Source of the DNA: Candidatus Heimdallarchaeota archaeon
GTDB taxonomy: Archaea > Asgardarchaeota > Heimdallarchaeia > Heimdallarchaeales > Heimdallarchaeaceae
DNA: 64,000 bases
Direction of reading: 5' to 3'
Assembly: GCA_021399395.1 (NCBI GenBank)
Contig: JAAFKJ010000047.1
Location: forward strand, 8,447 to 72,446
Positions 51,433 to 61,309 of this stretch are shown here, piece after piece. A program made the translations under genes and the position numbers. Under the pieces are notes generated by a model. The model was not told the origin of the DNA, did no database searches, and worked only from the letters and a program-made list of their open reading frames with translations. Positions within the stretch are counted from its first letter, which is position 1, and each line of letters starts with the position of its first letter.

Positions 51433-51453
51433 AATGCATCACTTTATGGATTG

Positions 51454-51549
51454 TGGCGGACCAGGCAGGATTCGAACCTGCGACCTTCTCCTGTCTTCAG
51501 TTATAAACTTCCGAAGGGAGACGCCTTATCCATGCTAGACTACTGGCCC
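51454..51549 (-). tRNA. tRNA-Arg(TCG) with 18-nt intron at 37/38 and encoded CCA
   Basis: GGGCCAG/CTGGTCC acceptor stem, TCTCC/GGAGA anticodon stem, TTCGAAT T-loop; intron 51493-51510 forms a canonical BHB (CTTC/GAAG helix, bulges GGA and ACA). Confidence 0.95.
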
Positions 51550-51641
51550 ATTCTGTTATCTTGTTTTTCTTTTTGTTTTTATTTCTTCTGATGAGAGCTT
51601 AATGATGTATAAAATAGAAAAGTAAAATGAGAAAAGGTTGT

Positions 51642-52886
51642 TTATCTTGGTAGACCATTTTCCATCCAAGAGTTTAGAAGTCTTTCAAATTCCTTCTTCT
51701 TCTTTATAGATTGTGTCTGATATGAGTATATCTGAGACATCGCCAATCCACCTAATTCAACATAAGCTTCATCCATATCACAAATAGCTGAAATTCTTGC
51801 TTTCCAATTCTCGTCTGAATCAGCTTGTTGACCATAAGAAATGAACAATTTTAGTATCTTTTCAATTTTTGGAGACACAATGCTATCATCTGTTGATGGT
51901 TTTGCTCTAGTATCAACTTTTGTAGGTTTTGCCTTAGGTCTATGTTCTGTTTGGTCACGTGGTTCAGTTTTTGGAACAGGTGTTGGTTCAGGTTTTGATT
52001 CTGTTGGAGGTCGCGATTCTGGTTTTGTTTCTGGTTGTGATGTAGATACAGTTTTCTCCATTTCCTCAGGTTCAGCGAAGATATTCTCTTTTATCATTGG
52101 TTTTGCTGAACTAGAATTTGCTGGAGTAGGAGACGATTCTTGTTTAACTGTTGCGGGGGTGCTGATACGGGATGCAGTAGATGGCGTTTCTACTATTTTT
52201 GGTGCTTTACTGAACTTTATCTGCTCTGGAGATATAGTGTCAGAAGAGTTTTGAGCAGATATAGGTGCAGATTGTTGAGAAGCTGCAAGTAGTTCCTTAG
52301 GTACTGAGAAGTTGGTATCTTGAGGGATTTGTCTTGCTGAAATCACAGCATCTAAGCTTCTATGTATTGAATCTATCATTGAATTAAGAGAGGGGGTTTC
52401 AGAACTTATTCCTAATATTCTGTCCTTGAGAGTTTGACATCCTGCAGTCATGACTTCTATCTTTTTCTTTAGATCTTGGTTCTCTTCGGCAAGAGCTTCT
52501 TCTCCCTGGACAGCTTCAGTTTCGATTGATTCAATAGAACCCATTAAAGCATGCATTTGCATTTTTAGTTCTTCTCTTTCTGCATTGAATAAATCTTGTT
52601 GTAATCTTGTATCCTCAATTTCTTTGTCTAAATCAGATTTTTCTTTTTGTAAATCCTCTACTAGTTTAGAAAGATGATCAAGTTCTGTAGTAAGTTCTCT
52701 AACTTTCTCATCAGATTGTGTTTGAGACATTTTTTCTTGTAATTTTTCAAAAAGTTTTATTCTTCTCATTGCCAATTGAGGAGAGATACCTTCTTTTTGC
52801 ATGAAATTTAAAATATACTCTAAATCGTGAGATTGAATATTGTACTTCTTGAGAAGTTCATCTATAGAACCTATATTTTCTGACAT
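51642..52886 (-). CDS. Hypothetical protein: coiled coil, Pro/Ser/Thr-rich linker, small C-terminal helical domain
   Basis: Heptad-rich region (~aa 45-160), low-complexity region (~200-335), globular-looking C-terminus. Confidence 0.75.
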   Translation of the reverse strand: MSENIGSIDELLKKYNIQSHDLEYILNFMQKEGISPQLAMRRIKLFEKLQEKMSQTQSDEKVRELTTELDHLSKLVEDLQKEKSDLDKEIEDTRLQQDLFNAEREELKMQMHALMGSIESIETEAVQGEEALAEENQDLKKKIEVMTAGCQTLKDRILGISSETPSLNSMIDSIHRSLDAVISARQIPQDTNFSVPKELLAASQQSAPISAQNSSDTISPEQIKFSKAPKIVETPSTASRISTPATVKQESSPTPANSSSAKPMIKENIFAEPEEMEKTVSTSQPETKPESRPPTESKPEPTPVPKTEPRDQTEHRPKAKPTKVDTRAKPSTDDSIVSPKIEKILKLFISYGQQADSDENWKARISAICDMDEAYVELGGLAMSQIYSYQTQSIKKKKEFERLLNSWMENGLPR

Positions 52887-52991
52887 AACCCTCAGTAGTT
52901 TATAGTAGAAATTAATTTAATAAAGTTTAGTTGCTGGCTTTAAAAGGAAACGTTTTTTATTTAGCAAGTCACACTTTACCAAGGTGCTTAC

Positions 52992-54053
52992 ATGGTACAG
53001 TTAAGAGGACTAATGGTAAACAGATTGATAGTTTTACTGCAAATATTCATTTTTCCTGCATATTTCTATATCTGGATGTGGGTTGAACCCATGCGTTCAA
53101 TGACTCTTGATGGTTTCTTCTTTTGGGGAAGTAATCCCTGGACAGGAACACCAGAGCACATTATTCTAAGATGGGTAGCTCCTCTTATTTTTGCATTATC
53201 CTTTTCTTTAGCTTCGGCAATTAAAGCTACTAGGATAGCTAATTCATATGACCTAATGTGGAGAGCACTGGGAAAAGTAAGGATTGACACCAAAATCTTC
53301 TATATGGTAAATGCCATGTTTTGTTTGTTCTTCCTAATATTACCATTTGCTGGTCCATTGATTGCAGTATTTGGAGCCTTCTTTGCAGTTAAGTTAATAC
53401 TTTATGCTTTTGGTGTGAAGAAAAACGTACCAGCTATACTTATCGTTATTCCTGGATTATTTCTAGCTGCGATACCATTAATAATCACAATTGCATTTTT
53501 TGCCGAATATAATTTACTTCTAGGTCCAATATGGGAGATTTGGGCTAATTACTCACCTGTCTTTTACGGTATTGTCTTATGTCTTGCATGTGCGATAGCG
53601 GTTGGTAATTTCTTTGTTTTCCTTCGAGAAGGAGCATCTCAGGTATCCTATAAGAAGGAAGTAGGGGAGAGAATTGGGATCCTAATCAAAATTGTACTCT
53701 TTGCAGTTTTTCTAGTCTTGTATCTCTTTGTTGATAATAGTACTAGCGCCCCTATAACTAGTTGGACAACAACAGGCATAGCAATGTTTGTGATAAATAT
53801 AGTTGCAGTTTCACTAAGTGTTTTCGAAACCATCATTAGATGGAGAAAGAAAACACCAAAAGGTGGCAGTACAGGAGGAGCCGCAGGAACATTAATGGTG
53901 CCAATATTCATTGCCATGAATTTCTTCATTAAATTATTTGCACGACCTGATATCTTTGTTACCATCATAGTGGCACTCTCTGCTGTAATATTCTTTGGCT
54001 TATTCGTTGTAGCTTACAAATATGCTGAAGATGAGACTTTATTTGAGGAGTAA
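52992..54053 (+). CDS. Hypothetical polytopic membrane protein
   Basis: About 9-10 hydrophobic segments; no family recognised. Confidence 0.75.
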   Translation: MVQLRGLMVNRLIVLLQIFIFPAYFYIWMWVEPMRSMTLDGFFFWGSNPWTGTPEHIILRWVAPLIFALSFSLASAIKATRIANSYDLMWRALGKVRIDTKIFYMVNAMFCLFFLILPFAGPLIAVFGAFFAVKLILYAFGVKKNVPAILIVIPGLFLAAIPLIITIAFFAEYNLLLGPIWEIWANYSPVFYGIVLCLACAIAVGNFFVFLREGASQVSYKKEVGERIGILIKIVLFAVFLVLYLFVDNSTSAPITSWTTTGIAMFVINIVAVSLSVFETIIRWRKKTPKGGSTGGAAGTLMVPIFIAMNFFIKLFARPDIFVTIIVALSAVIFFGLFVVAYKYAEDETLFEE

Positions 54054-54108
54054 TCAACCATCAAATTTATGTTAAGAATCAAAATCAATTCCTAACCAAA
54101 ATTTTTAT

Positions 54109-54792
54109 ATGCCAACTTATGAAGTCCTTAACAAATTCTCCACCCATGAGAGGATTACAATGAACAAAGAGCAAACTAATCCCGAAATTACAAAGAAGAT
54201 TGAAGAAAATACTGAGAAGCTTATCAAAGAGATAGTTGCAGACCAGAAAAAATCTATCAACGAAATAAAAAAGGAAACTGCTACTAAAATGGATGGTGTT
54301 AAGGCAAAATTAGTTGAAACTGCTAAAACTAGAGCTGATTCAGATTTCATGAAAGAAAAAGCAAAACATGAATTAGACCTCAAGTTACAAATCACTAAAT
54401 ATCGTGATGAACTTGTCGAAAACTTCATTGTGAAAGCTCAAAAGAAAATAGCTACAGTAATTGGATCGGCAGAGTATGAAAAAAGCTTAGAAAATCTAGC
54501 AGTAGAAGCGGTTATTACTCTTAAACAACCAGAAATTGTTGTTTTATGCAGAGAGGAAGATAAAAAGATTTTTACAAGCCAATTCTTTGATAAGATTTCG
54601 AAACAGCTGAAAGAGCACAATCTAGATACAAAATTGAGTCTTGCAAAGGACCATATTAAAAGCATGGGTGGTATAAAGATAGTAACAACTGATAGAAAAA
54701 TCAGCATTGACAATACTTATGAAAAGAGAATAGAAAGGTCATTAAGAAACCTGAAAAGGGAACTTTCGTTACTACTCAAAGAAGAAGGATGA
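54109..54792 (+). CDS. atpE: A/V-type ATP synthase subunit E
   Basis: N-terminal coiled coil; C-terminal GGI......I.IDNTYE.R motif. Confidence 0.85.
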   Translation: MPTYEVLNKFSTHERITMNKEQTNPEITKKIEENTEKLIKEIVADQKKSINEIKKETATKMDGVKAKLVETAKTRADSDFMKEKAKHELDLKLQITKYRDELVENFIVKAQKKIATVIGSAEYEKSLENLAVEAVITLKQPEIVVLCREEDKKIFTSQFFDKISKQLKEHNLDTKLSLAKDHIKSMGGIKIVTTDRKISIDNTYEKRIERSLRNLKRELSLLLKEEG

Positions 54793-55394
54793 TTTCCATG
54801 AACAAAAAACATTTGATAAAAGCAAGTACCTTTTTGATATTTCTAACACTTGCACTAAATCCCGTTACAAGTTTAACTCAAGCTCAATCAGGTGAATATA
54901 TCGCTGCCTTTAATGGTAGAATGTCAGATACCCAAATCGTTCGAAACCAAGTAATTAGCATTTATGCAACTATTGTTAATTTTGGAGATCTAACCATAAA
55001 GGTTCAGTCATTAAAAGTAGATTTCGTTCATCTTGGAGGAAACATTAGACTCAACAGCACTTATACACAAAATTTCGATGTAGATCATTATAAACTTGAA
55101 CCAGGAGCAAGTCTGACAGGAACCATCCGTACTGAAATCACTAATGCAGAAGCAGATTATAATGTAACCATCTATTTCTGGGCAGTTGATGAATATCATC
55201 CTCATCCTGAGATTGGAGCTTTTGGGAAAAAGTATATAGCTGCTGAAAATATCACAGTTTCAATAGTTGATTATGGTGGTCCTTCTAACGTCATTATAGG
55301 GATTGGTATAGCATTTGCTGTAGCAGTCGTAGGAGTAATTGTTTTCATCCTATATGGTTGGATTAGAGACAAACTCAAAAAGAGGAAGTATTAG
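54789..55394 (+). CDS. Secreted Ig-like protein with C-terminal TM and basic tail
   Basis: Signal peptide, beta-rich domain (I.N.G...L.PG.S), TM, KLKKRKY. Confidence 0.7.
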   Translation: MISMNKKHLIKASTFLIFLTLALNPVTSLTQAQSGEYIAAFNGRMSDTQIVRNQVISIYATIVNFGDLTIKVQSLKVDFVHLGGNIRLNSTYTQNFDVDHYKLEPGASLTGTIRTEITNAEADYNVTIYFWAVDEYHPHPEIGAFGKKYIAAENITVSIVDYGGPSNVIIGIGIAFAVAVVGVIVFILYGWIRDKLKKRKY

Positions 55395-55403
55395 AGTAAA
55401 ACT

Positions 55404-55880
55404 CTAAATCAGGCGTATGAGCCACCCTTTTGGATGGTAAACCATCCCTTCATTTTTCATTCTCTTAATAATCTGTTCCATCTTTTTCAAGTTAATGTCA
55501 AAAAATTTGCAATGTCTTACTAATTCATCAAATGTCTCTGTGCTATTCTTTCTAAGAAGAAGTAGTATCGTATCTGGTAGAGAAGCAGCTGGCATATCCA
55601 AAAAACTTGATGAAAGATTCTCATGACGTTCAATAATAAGGGAAATTTGTTCTGTATGCTTGTCTGCGAGAAGAAAGAATTTTTCTGCTAATTCTGCTGA
55701 TAAAGTATTTGATTGCATGAATTCTAAGCAGCCATCGTCATTTTTATCCTCACACAATATTGATTCGCCCAAATCATATGTTATCAGAGTTGAACATCTC
55801 TTACATAGTCGGTATTGAAATTCACTTGGAATTTCATTTATAGTCTCACAATGACTACATCGAAAGACTATTTTCATCAT
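55404..55880 (-). CDS. Zinc-ribbon plus C-terminal wHTH protein
   Basis: CSHC...CKRC and a C-terminal MKNEGMVYHPK wing; coupled to trmI. Confidence 0.6.
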   Translation of the reverse strand: MMKIVFRCSHCETINEIPSEFQYRLCKRCSTLITYDLGESILCEDKNDDGCLEFMQSNTLSAELAEKFFLLADKHTEQISLIIERHENLSSSFLDMPAASLPDTILLLLRKNSTETFDELVRHCKFFDINLKKMEQIIKRMKNEGMVYHPKGWLIRLI

Positions 55881-56674
55881 TCGTTTTCCCCTAATAACTT
55901 ACGTGCAAATATCAGAAATCCCGTATGCCCTATCATTCTCGTATTAGGTCTTATTGCATTTCTTTTTAGTTGTATTCCCCTAAGGATTAATTCAAGGGCT
56001 TCAATATCACCAAAACTATATTCTTGGAGCTTTATGTAAACCCTTTCAACTTGATTATAGGTTGGCATGAATACGGTAAGAACTCCTCCTAGTTTCAGTG
56101 CAGCATATGCATGTGGAATAATTTCACATGGATCTCCTAAATCTAAAACAACAGCATCAACTTTCTCTTCATCAAAGCCTTCTGAAACATCCTTAAGTTT
56201 GATAGTCACTTGTGATTCTAGACCTAAACGTTCTAGATTTTTCTTTGATGTATTGTAAGCTTCTTCTCTATTATCATATGTATAAACATGACCTTCTGAA
56301 CCCACATATTTTGCCAATATAGAGGTTAATGCGCCACTTCCTGTTCCAGCTTCAATGACAAGACTACCAGGATGAATCCCTCCATTCAGTAAAATTAGAC
56401 CAGCGTCCTTAGTATAAATTATTTGAGAACTGTGAGGAATATGTTGCAGGAAATCACTAGGAATCGGCTTGTAGATTGTTAGATCTATTGACTTATTTGT
56501 TCTAACTTTAGAACCATAAGGTTGTCCTATAATTTGATCAAAGTCGAAGAATCCCTTGTGGCAATGGAATTGTTTACCACTTGTAACTTTTGATAACCAC
56601 CTTTTACGGGTATCTAAGACTATTAAAACGTCTGAACCATCCTCAATAGTTTCACTTGATCCTTTGGTAGACAT
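55877..56674 (-). CDS. trmI: tRNA (adenine-N1)-methyltransferase TrmI
   Basis: QIIYTKD, EAGTGSGALT, DAVVLDL..P, RP...MIGHTGFL. Confidence 0.93.
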   Translation of the reverse strand: MSTKGSSETIEDGSDVLIVLDTRKRWLSKVTSGKQFHCHKGFFDFDQIIGQPYGSKVRTNKSIDLTIYKPIPSDFLQHIPHSSQIIYTKDAGLILLNGGIHPGSLVIEAGTGSGALTSILAKYVGSEGHVYTYDNREEAYNTSKKNLERLGLESQVTIKLKDVSEGFDEEKVDAVVLDLGDPCEIIPHAYAALKLGGVLTVFMPTYNQVERVYIKLQEYSFGDIEALELILRGIQLKRNAIRPNTRMIGHTGFLIFARKLLGENE

Positions 56675-56739
56675 ATAGATTCACTATCAAATAATGGGAA
56701 CTGAATATAAAACTTGTTTTCATTAATCTAAAAAGAAAA

Positions 56740-57570
56740 TTATGGATGTAAAGTGAAGCAGTTAAATAACAACTTATACTTTCCATACATTCTGTAAGTA
56801 TTCTTACCAGTATAATAGCTTGTTTCCGAGATAGAAAATGTTTAACAAAGAAACTAGCCATTTTATTAGCAAATCCTGGAATCACATATGGTTTCTTTCC
56901 TAATTTCTTCAAAGTATTCTTGGCTACCGTTAGGTTTGAGAGGTTTAGGAACAAATAATCCAGGCTTATCTGGATCTGTAGCGACATAATTTGGTGTTGC
57001 AGTTGCCCCTGTAATACTAGTTATAACATCTACCCCGTAATCCTTCAATTCATACCACAATCCTTCAGCAAGAACTATATTGTAAGCTTTTGTTGCAGTA
57101 TAATGAACATTTATTGGTGTTCCTTGTAATCCAGCCATTGAACTAATCAAAACAATTGCACCTTTTCCATTGTCCTTCATCTTTCTTCCAAAGTAATCAA
57201 TAAGGTAAGTTGGCACTCTACAATTAATATTAAGTACTTTAAGCTGTTCTTCTAAATCAGATTTAAAGTAATCACCAATAGGTATTATTGCTGCATTGTA
57301 TACTAATACGCCTATTTTGAGGTCGCCTATTCCTTCTTGTATCTTAGGAACAATATCTTCTCGAGCAAGGTCCAAGGAAATACATTTTACCTCAACCCCA
57401 TAGTTTGCTTTAATTACTTCTGCTAACTTTTCTAATTGTTCAATTCTTCTAGCAATCAAAACTAAATTCAAACCCTTCTTAGCTAAGTTTAAAGCAAAAG
57501 CTTCTCCTATTCCTTGAGATCCTCCAGCGATTAAAGCCCAAGAACCGTATGTCATGAATGAAACTTTCAA
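56740..57570 (-). pseudogene. Short-chain dehydrogenase with two compensating frameshifts
   Basis: GGSQGIG, YNAA, SS, YTATK core; family-like sequence switches frame at ~56930 (TVAKNTLKKLGKKPYVIPG) and returns at ~56812 (TGKNTYRMYG, stop 56740); the original frame has TAA at 56866-56868. Confidence 0.7.
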
Positions 57571-57666
57571 TTAAGAGTGTTGATTAAAAATATTAAGTAT
57601 GTGAACTTTCTAAAATCTTATTAGAACAATTCTAAAAACACATAAAAAGAAAAAAAGAGAGTAGAA

Positions 57667-58992
57667 TTAAAGGAATCCTTTTTCTTTAAGGATGTCCTCT
57701 AATTTTGGATAACCAATTTCTTCAAGTTCATACTTAACTCTAACTATTGGCTTATCAATTTTAATCAAGCGAGTTATATCAATAGGTGTGGCGGATACTA
57801 CAACATCACATTCAGTGTTGCGTATTGTTTCTTCCATATCTTTCAGTTGTTGCTCAAAATAACCCATGGCAGGTAATAGAGTTCCGATGTCAGGATATTT
57901 ATCAAAAGTTTCTTTCATACTCCCAACAAGATATGGTCGGGGATCAACAAGCTCTTTTGCACCGTATCTTCTAGCTGCCACAACACCAGCACCATACTTC
58001 ATTTCACCATGTGTTAAGGTTGGTCCGTCTTCTATAACAAGCACTTTTTTACCTTTTACAAGTTCTGGTTTATCCACAAATATTGGAGATGCAGCTTCAA
58101 TAATGACAGCGTTAGGATTAGCATTTCTTATGTTCTCTTCAAGTTGCATGACATTTTCGTATGAGGTTGTTGTAATTTTATTTACTATAACCACATCTGC
58201 GAGATTCAAGTTTGTTTCTCCTGGATGATATGTGAGTTCATGACCGACTCTGTGAGGATCTGCTACTACAATACTTAGATCAGGTTTATAGAAGGAGAAA
58301 TCATTATTTCCACCATCCCATAGAATTACATCAGCTTCTTTTTCTGCTTCTCTCAAGATAGCTTCATAATCAACTCCGGAATAAATAACTAGACCTTTGT
58401 CAATATAAGGTTCATATTCTTCTCTTTCTTCTATAGTTGTTTCATGTTTATCTAAATCAGAATATTCAGCAAACCTTTGGACAGCCTGTTTAGCTAGATC
58501 CCCATATGGCATAGGATGACGAATGGCAACAATCTTCTTGCCTGAATCATGCAGAAGTTGTACTATTTTTCTTGAAGTTTGGGATTTTCCACTTCCTGTT
58601 CTAACTGCACAAACACTAATCAATGGTTTTGTACTTTTGATCATTGTTCCTTTTGTTCCCAAGAGTGAAAAAGCGGCACCAATTGCATTAACTAATGAAG
58701 CTTTATGCATAACATACTCGTGAGTAACATCAGAATATGAGAATACTACCTCATCCACATCAAACTTCTTTATGAGGTTAACAAGTTCGCTCTCATCATA
58801 AATTGGAATACCTTCAGGATATAAATCTCCAGAAAGTTCAGAGGGATATTTGCGGTCAACGATATCAGGGATTTGTGTAGCGGTAAAAGCTACTACTTCA
58901 AATGAATCATTATTTCTATAATAAGTATTAAAATTATGGAAGTCTCGACCGGCAGCACCCATTATAATAATTTTTCTTCTTTTTGTAGACAT
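57667..58992 (-). CDS. COG2403 P-loop protein (cDPG-synthetase-like), probable arginine synthetase ArcE
   Basis: IMGAAGRDFHNFN, AVRTGSGKSQ (P-loop), RHPMPYG, TIEEREEYE, WDGGNND, EDGPTLTHG. Confidence 0.8.
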   Translation of the reverse strand: MSTKRRKIIIMGAAGRDFHNFNTYYRNNDSFEVVAFTATQIPDIVDRKYPSELSGDLYPEGIPIYDESELVNLIKKFDVDEVVFSYSDVTHEYVMHKASLVNAIGAAFSLLGTKGTMIKSTKPLISVCAVRTGSGKSQTSRKIVQLLHDSGKKIVAIRHPMPYGDLAKQAVQRFAEYSDLDKHETTIEEREEYEPYIDKGLVIYSGVDYEAILREAEKEADVILWDGGNNDFSFYKPDLSIVVADPHRVGHELTYHPGETNLNLADVVIVNKITTTSYENVMQLEENIRNANPNAVIIEAASPIFVDKPELVKGKKVLVIEDGPTLTHGEMKYGAGVVAARRYGAKELVDPRPYLVGSMKETFDKYPDIGTLLPAMGYFEQQLKDMEETIRNTECDVVVSATPIDITRLIKIDKPIVRVKYELEEIGYPKLEDILKEKGFL

Positions 58993-59070
58993 TTTAAAAG
59001 CCTTCGAAGTCTGTACTTTGAACTACTTTACTGATTTTAAAAAATTTCCGCTTTACCAGCAAAAAAAAAC

Positions 59071-59355
59071 TTAACTCTCTTTTTTTTCTACTTTTCGATT
59101 AATATACCACTGCATAAGGAAAATCACGCCTATTGATACAAAGAGACCAATAAATGTTGCAACAATTAGAGCAATGTTCCTAGTTTTCTCTGGTAGATTT
59201 TTTGTTGCAAAAAATGCAATGATCATCCCCCCAACGCTAAATATGAATGGTGCTGTAAAACCCAATGCCAATATCTTATTAGTGATAATTGATGGTTTAT
59301 CTTCTTCCATTGGTGGTTTATCTTCTTCCATTTCATAGTAATTCAATATTTTCAC
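59071..59355 (-). CDS. Small two-TM membrane protein
   Basis: Two hydrophobic helices; N-terminal MEEDKP duplication. Confidence 0.6.
   Translation of the reverse strand: MKILNYYEMEEDKPPMEEDKPSIITNKILALGFTAPFIFSVGGMIIAFFATKNLPEKTRNIALIVATFIGLFVSIGVIFLMQWYINRKVEKKES
59293..59331. repeat. 21-bp period tandem duplication (MEEDKP x2)
   Basis: tggtttatcttcttccat occurs at 59293 and 59314. Confidence 0.8.
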
Positions 59356-59394
59356 TAATTAAGATTTTCGTCGAAGAACAGAGAAATATTATGA

Positions 59395-59964
59395 TTAAGG
59401 TAAAAATTGATAGCAAATGGTTGTGATAACATGAGAAGCGAGATAGTCTTGCTCCCCCAAACTAACATGGTGTGCTTTTATTTTGTATAATACTTGTTCT
59501 TGAATTTCAGACAAATCGTGTTGACTTCCTAATACAAAACACATGTTTGTATCTTTATCAAGCTGTTCCGAGAGTTTTGTGAGTGGGTCCCCATCAGGAT
59601 TTAAGTAGTATATTGTTGCAGATTTTGACAAATCCTCCATCAAATCCCCAAATTCTATATTTATGAATTTCGAGTTAGAGAGCTCTGGTTTAGAAAATAT
59701 ATTTATCAAACCAAATACCGAATCTAGTTCCCCATTTAATGTAGAAGGTAGCATTTTTAATGGGATGTTTAATGAGATTTGTTCTTCTGGATGAGAAAGA
59801 TAGATGATAAGATTCAGATCATGTTCTATTCTCTCTTTCCACCTATCTAGGTTTAGAAGACATCTAGCTAGTACATCAAATCGCTCTTGACCACCTACTA
59901 CAGACTTGATCGTTTTTTTAGAATCTTTCCTTATTGTTGAAGAAACAATCACAAACGTTAACAA
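59395..59964 (-). CDS. trmY: tRNA (pseudouridine54-N1)-methyltransferase-like SPOUT protein
   Basis: RFDVLARC, FVLG..HDL, VSLG...YLASHVIT. Confidence 0.75.
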   Translation of the reverse strand: MLTFVIVSSTIRKDSKKTIKSVVGGQERFDVLARCLLNLDRWKERIEHDLNLIIYLSHPEEQISLNIPLKMLPSTLNGELDSVFGLINIFSKPELSNSKFINIEFGDLMEDLSKSATIYYLNPDGDPLTKLSEQLDKDTNMCFVLGSQHDLSEIQEQVLYKIKAHHVSLGEQDYLASHVITTICYQFLP

Positions 59965-60021
59965 GAGAATTGGCTCCTAAAAATAAAAAGTAAGAGAACA
60001 AAAAATGAGTAAGAAGAAAAA

Positions 60022-60294
60022 CTAACCTCGTCGTTCTTTTTTTGCTCTAATATTTGTTCGTCCTCTGTGAATTGAGCAAGAAATACAGTAATAGACAATT
60101 TTCTTCTGTCTTGGTATTATTGCACCTTCATCTCTCAATTCTTTTGCTAGACGATAATCGACAGCGCTGGAGTAGATAGAGAACTTTTTCGCTTTATCAG
60201 TAGGAACAAGTTTTCCACATCCATGACATTGAATACCGGAAGCTCTTCCTCTTTTGCCTCCAGACCTTCCTCCCGATTTTCTTTTCTTAGGCAT
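60022..60294 (-). CDS. rps26e: 30S ribosomal protein eS26
   Basis: MPKKRKSGGR, C..CG..VP.DKA, YCISC.IH. Confidence 0.95.
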   Translation of the reverse strand: MPKKRKSGGRSGGKRGRASGIQCHGCGKLVPTDKAKKFSIYSSAVDYRLAKELRDEGAIIPRQKKIVYYCISCSIHRGRTNIRAKKERRG

Positions 60295-60376
60295 GTAAAA
60301 TATTCACCTTCATCATGCTACACCTAACTTCCTTGCATTATATTAACTTTTAAGTTTGTTGAAGAAAGAGCAACTT

Positions 60377-60760
60377 TTATTCTTCAATATTTCCTGAAAA
60401 TAATTTTCTATATATCTCTCCAATATATTTTTCGGCTTCATCCATTACTTCCTCCCCAAACTTAGTAATAATGTAGTATTTTCGGTCGATTCTTTCTACA
60501 CTATTAGTCATCCCTGTTTTCTCAACCAATCCTTCTTTTTCAAGTAGATATAATATGGTGTAATTAGTAACAGTTGCAGGGCTAAACCCAAAGTGCTCTT
60601 GAATTTCTTGTTTTAATTGATACGCATATTTAGGTTCAGTTCTAAGTAGTTTTAAAATCCAGATCCAAAGTAAATCTATAGTTAGATTCTTTTCCAGTCT
60701 CTGAAATGCCTTTGATTCTCTTGGATTTTGTGTATGTTCTATATCTGGGGGAGAATTCAT
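60377..60760 (-). CDS. PadR-family regulator
   Basis: LWIWILKLL...PKYAY.L, Y..LY.LE..GLV, RKYY.IT..G. Confidence 0.88.
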   Translation of the reverse strand: MNSPPDIEHTQNPRESKAFQRLEKNLTIDLLWIWILKLLRTEPKYAYQLKQEIQEHFGFSPATVTNYTILYLLEKEGLVEKTGMTNSVERIDRKYYIITKFGEEVMDEAEKYIGEIYRKLFSGNIEE

Positions 60761-60817
60761 CCAATAAGTGAATGCAAGCTTGTTTAAAAAATTTAAGGAA
60801 AATAATAGGAAAAAAGG

Positions 60818-61240
60818 TTATTTAAGAGGAACATAGAGAGAAGACCTTGTAGCACCAATTCCGGGAGCACCATGTCTTACAACTTTTGTACTTGGTGAGA
60901 ATTCTCCTAATAGGTGTCCTATCATTTGAGGTTGAATCTCAATTTCTAAGAATTCACGACCATTATAAATTCCAATTGTAGCACCTACCATTTCAGGTAA
61001 AATAGGCATATCCCTAACATGAGTTCGTACTATAGATTTTTCTCCTCGTTCATTGGCTTCCATTACTCTTCTTATATCTTCTAAGAGTTTTTTCCTTCTA
61101 GGAGTCCAAAATTCTTGACGAGATAAGCTTCTTCTTCTCCTTGAGGGTAATAAATCTAATATTTCATCCATGGACTTTTGTTTTAATTCTTCCAGTGTGA
61201 AACCTCTATATCTAAACTTTCGACTAGACACCTTATTCAA
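60818..61240 (-). CDS. rps19p: 30S ribosomal protein uS19
   Basis: F.YRG.TLEEL, RTHVRDM.ILPEMVG, MIGH.LGEF, HG.PGIGATRSS..VPLK. Confidence 0.97.
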   Translation of the reverse strand: MNKVSSRKFRYRGFTLEELKQKSMDEILDLLPSRRRRSLSRQEFWTPRRKKLLEDIRRVMEANERGEKSIVRTHVRDMPILPEMVGATIGIYNGREFLEIEIQPQMIGHLLGEFSPSTKVVRHGAPGIGATRSSLYVPLK

Positions 61241-61309
61241 CCGAGCTGTTAGCCTTATTTGTTATTTTAAACCTTTTGATTTTAGTTCTCATCAAGCAAG
61301 CTCAGTAGA

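Noticed and set aside
51454-52886. Integrated element at tRNA-Arg
   Set aside because: No integrase, no duplicated tRNA 3' end seen in the window, and no compositional shift.
56652-56987. Independent 111-aa gene
   Set aside because: Its middle part is the out-of-frame segment of the SDR; the rest looks non-coding.
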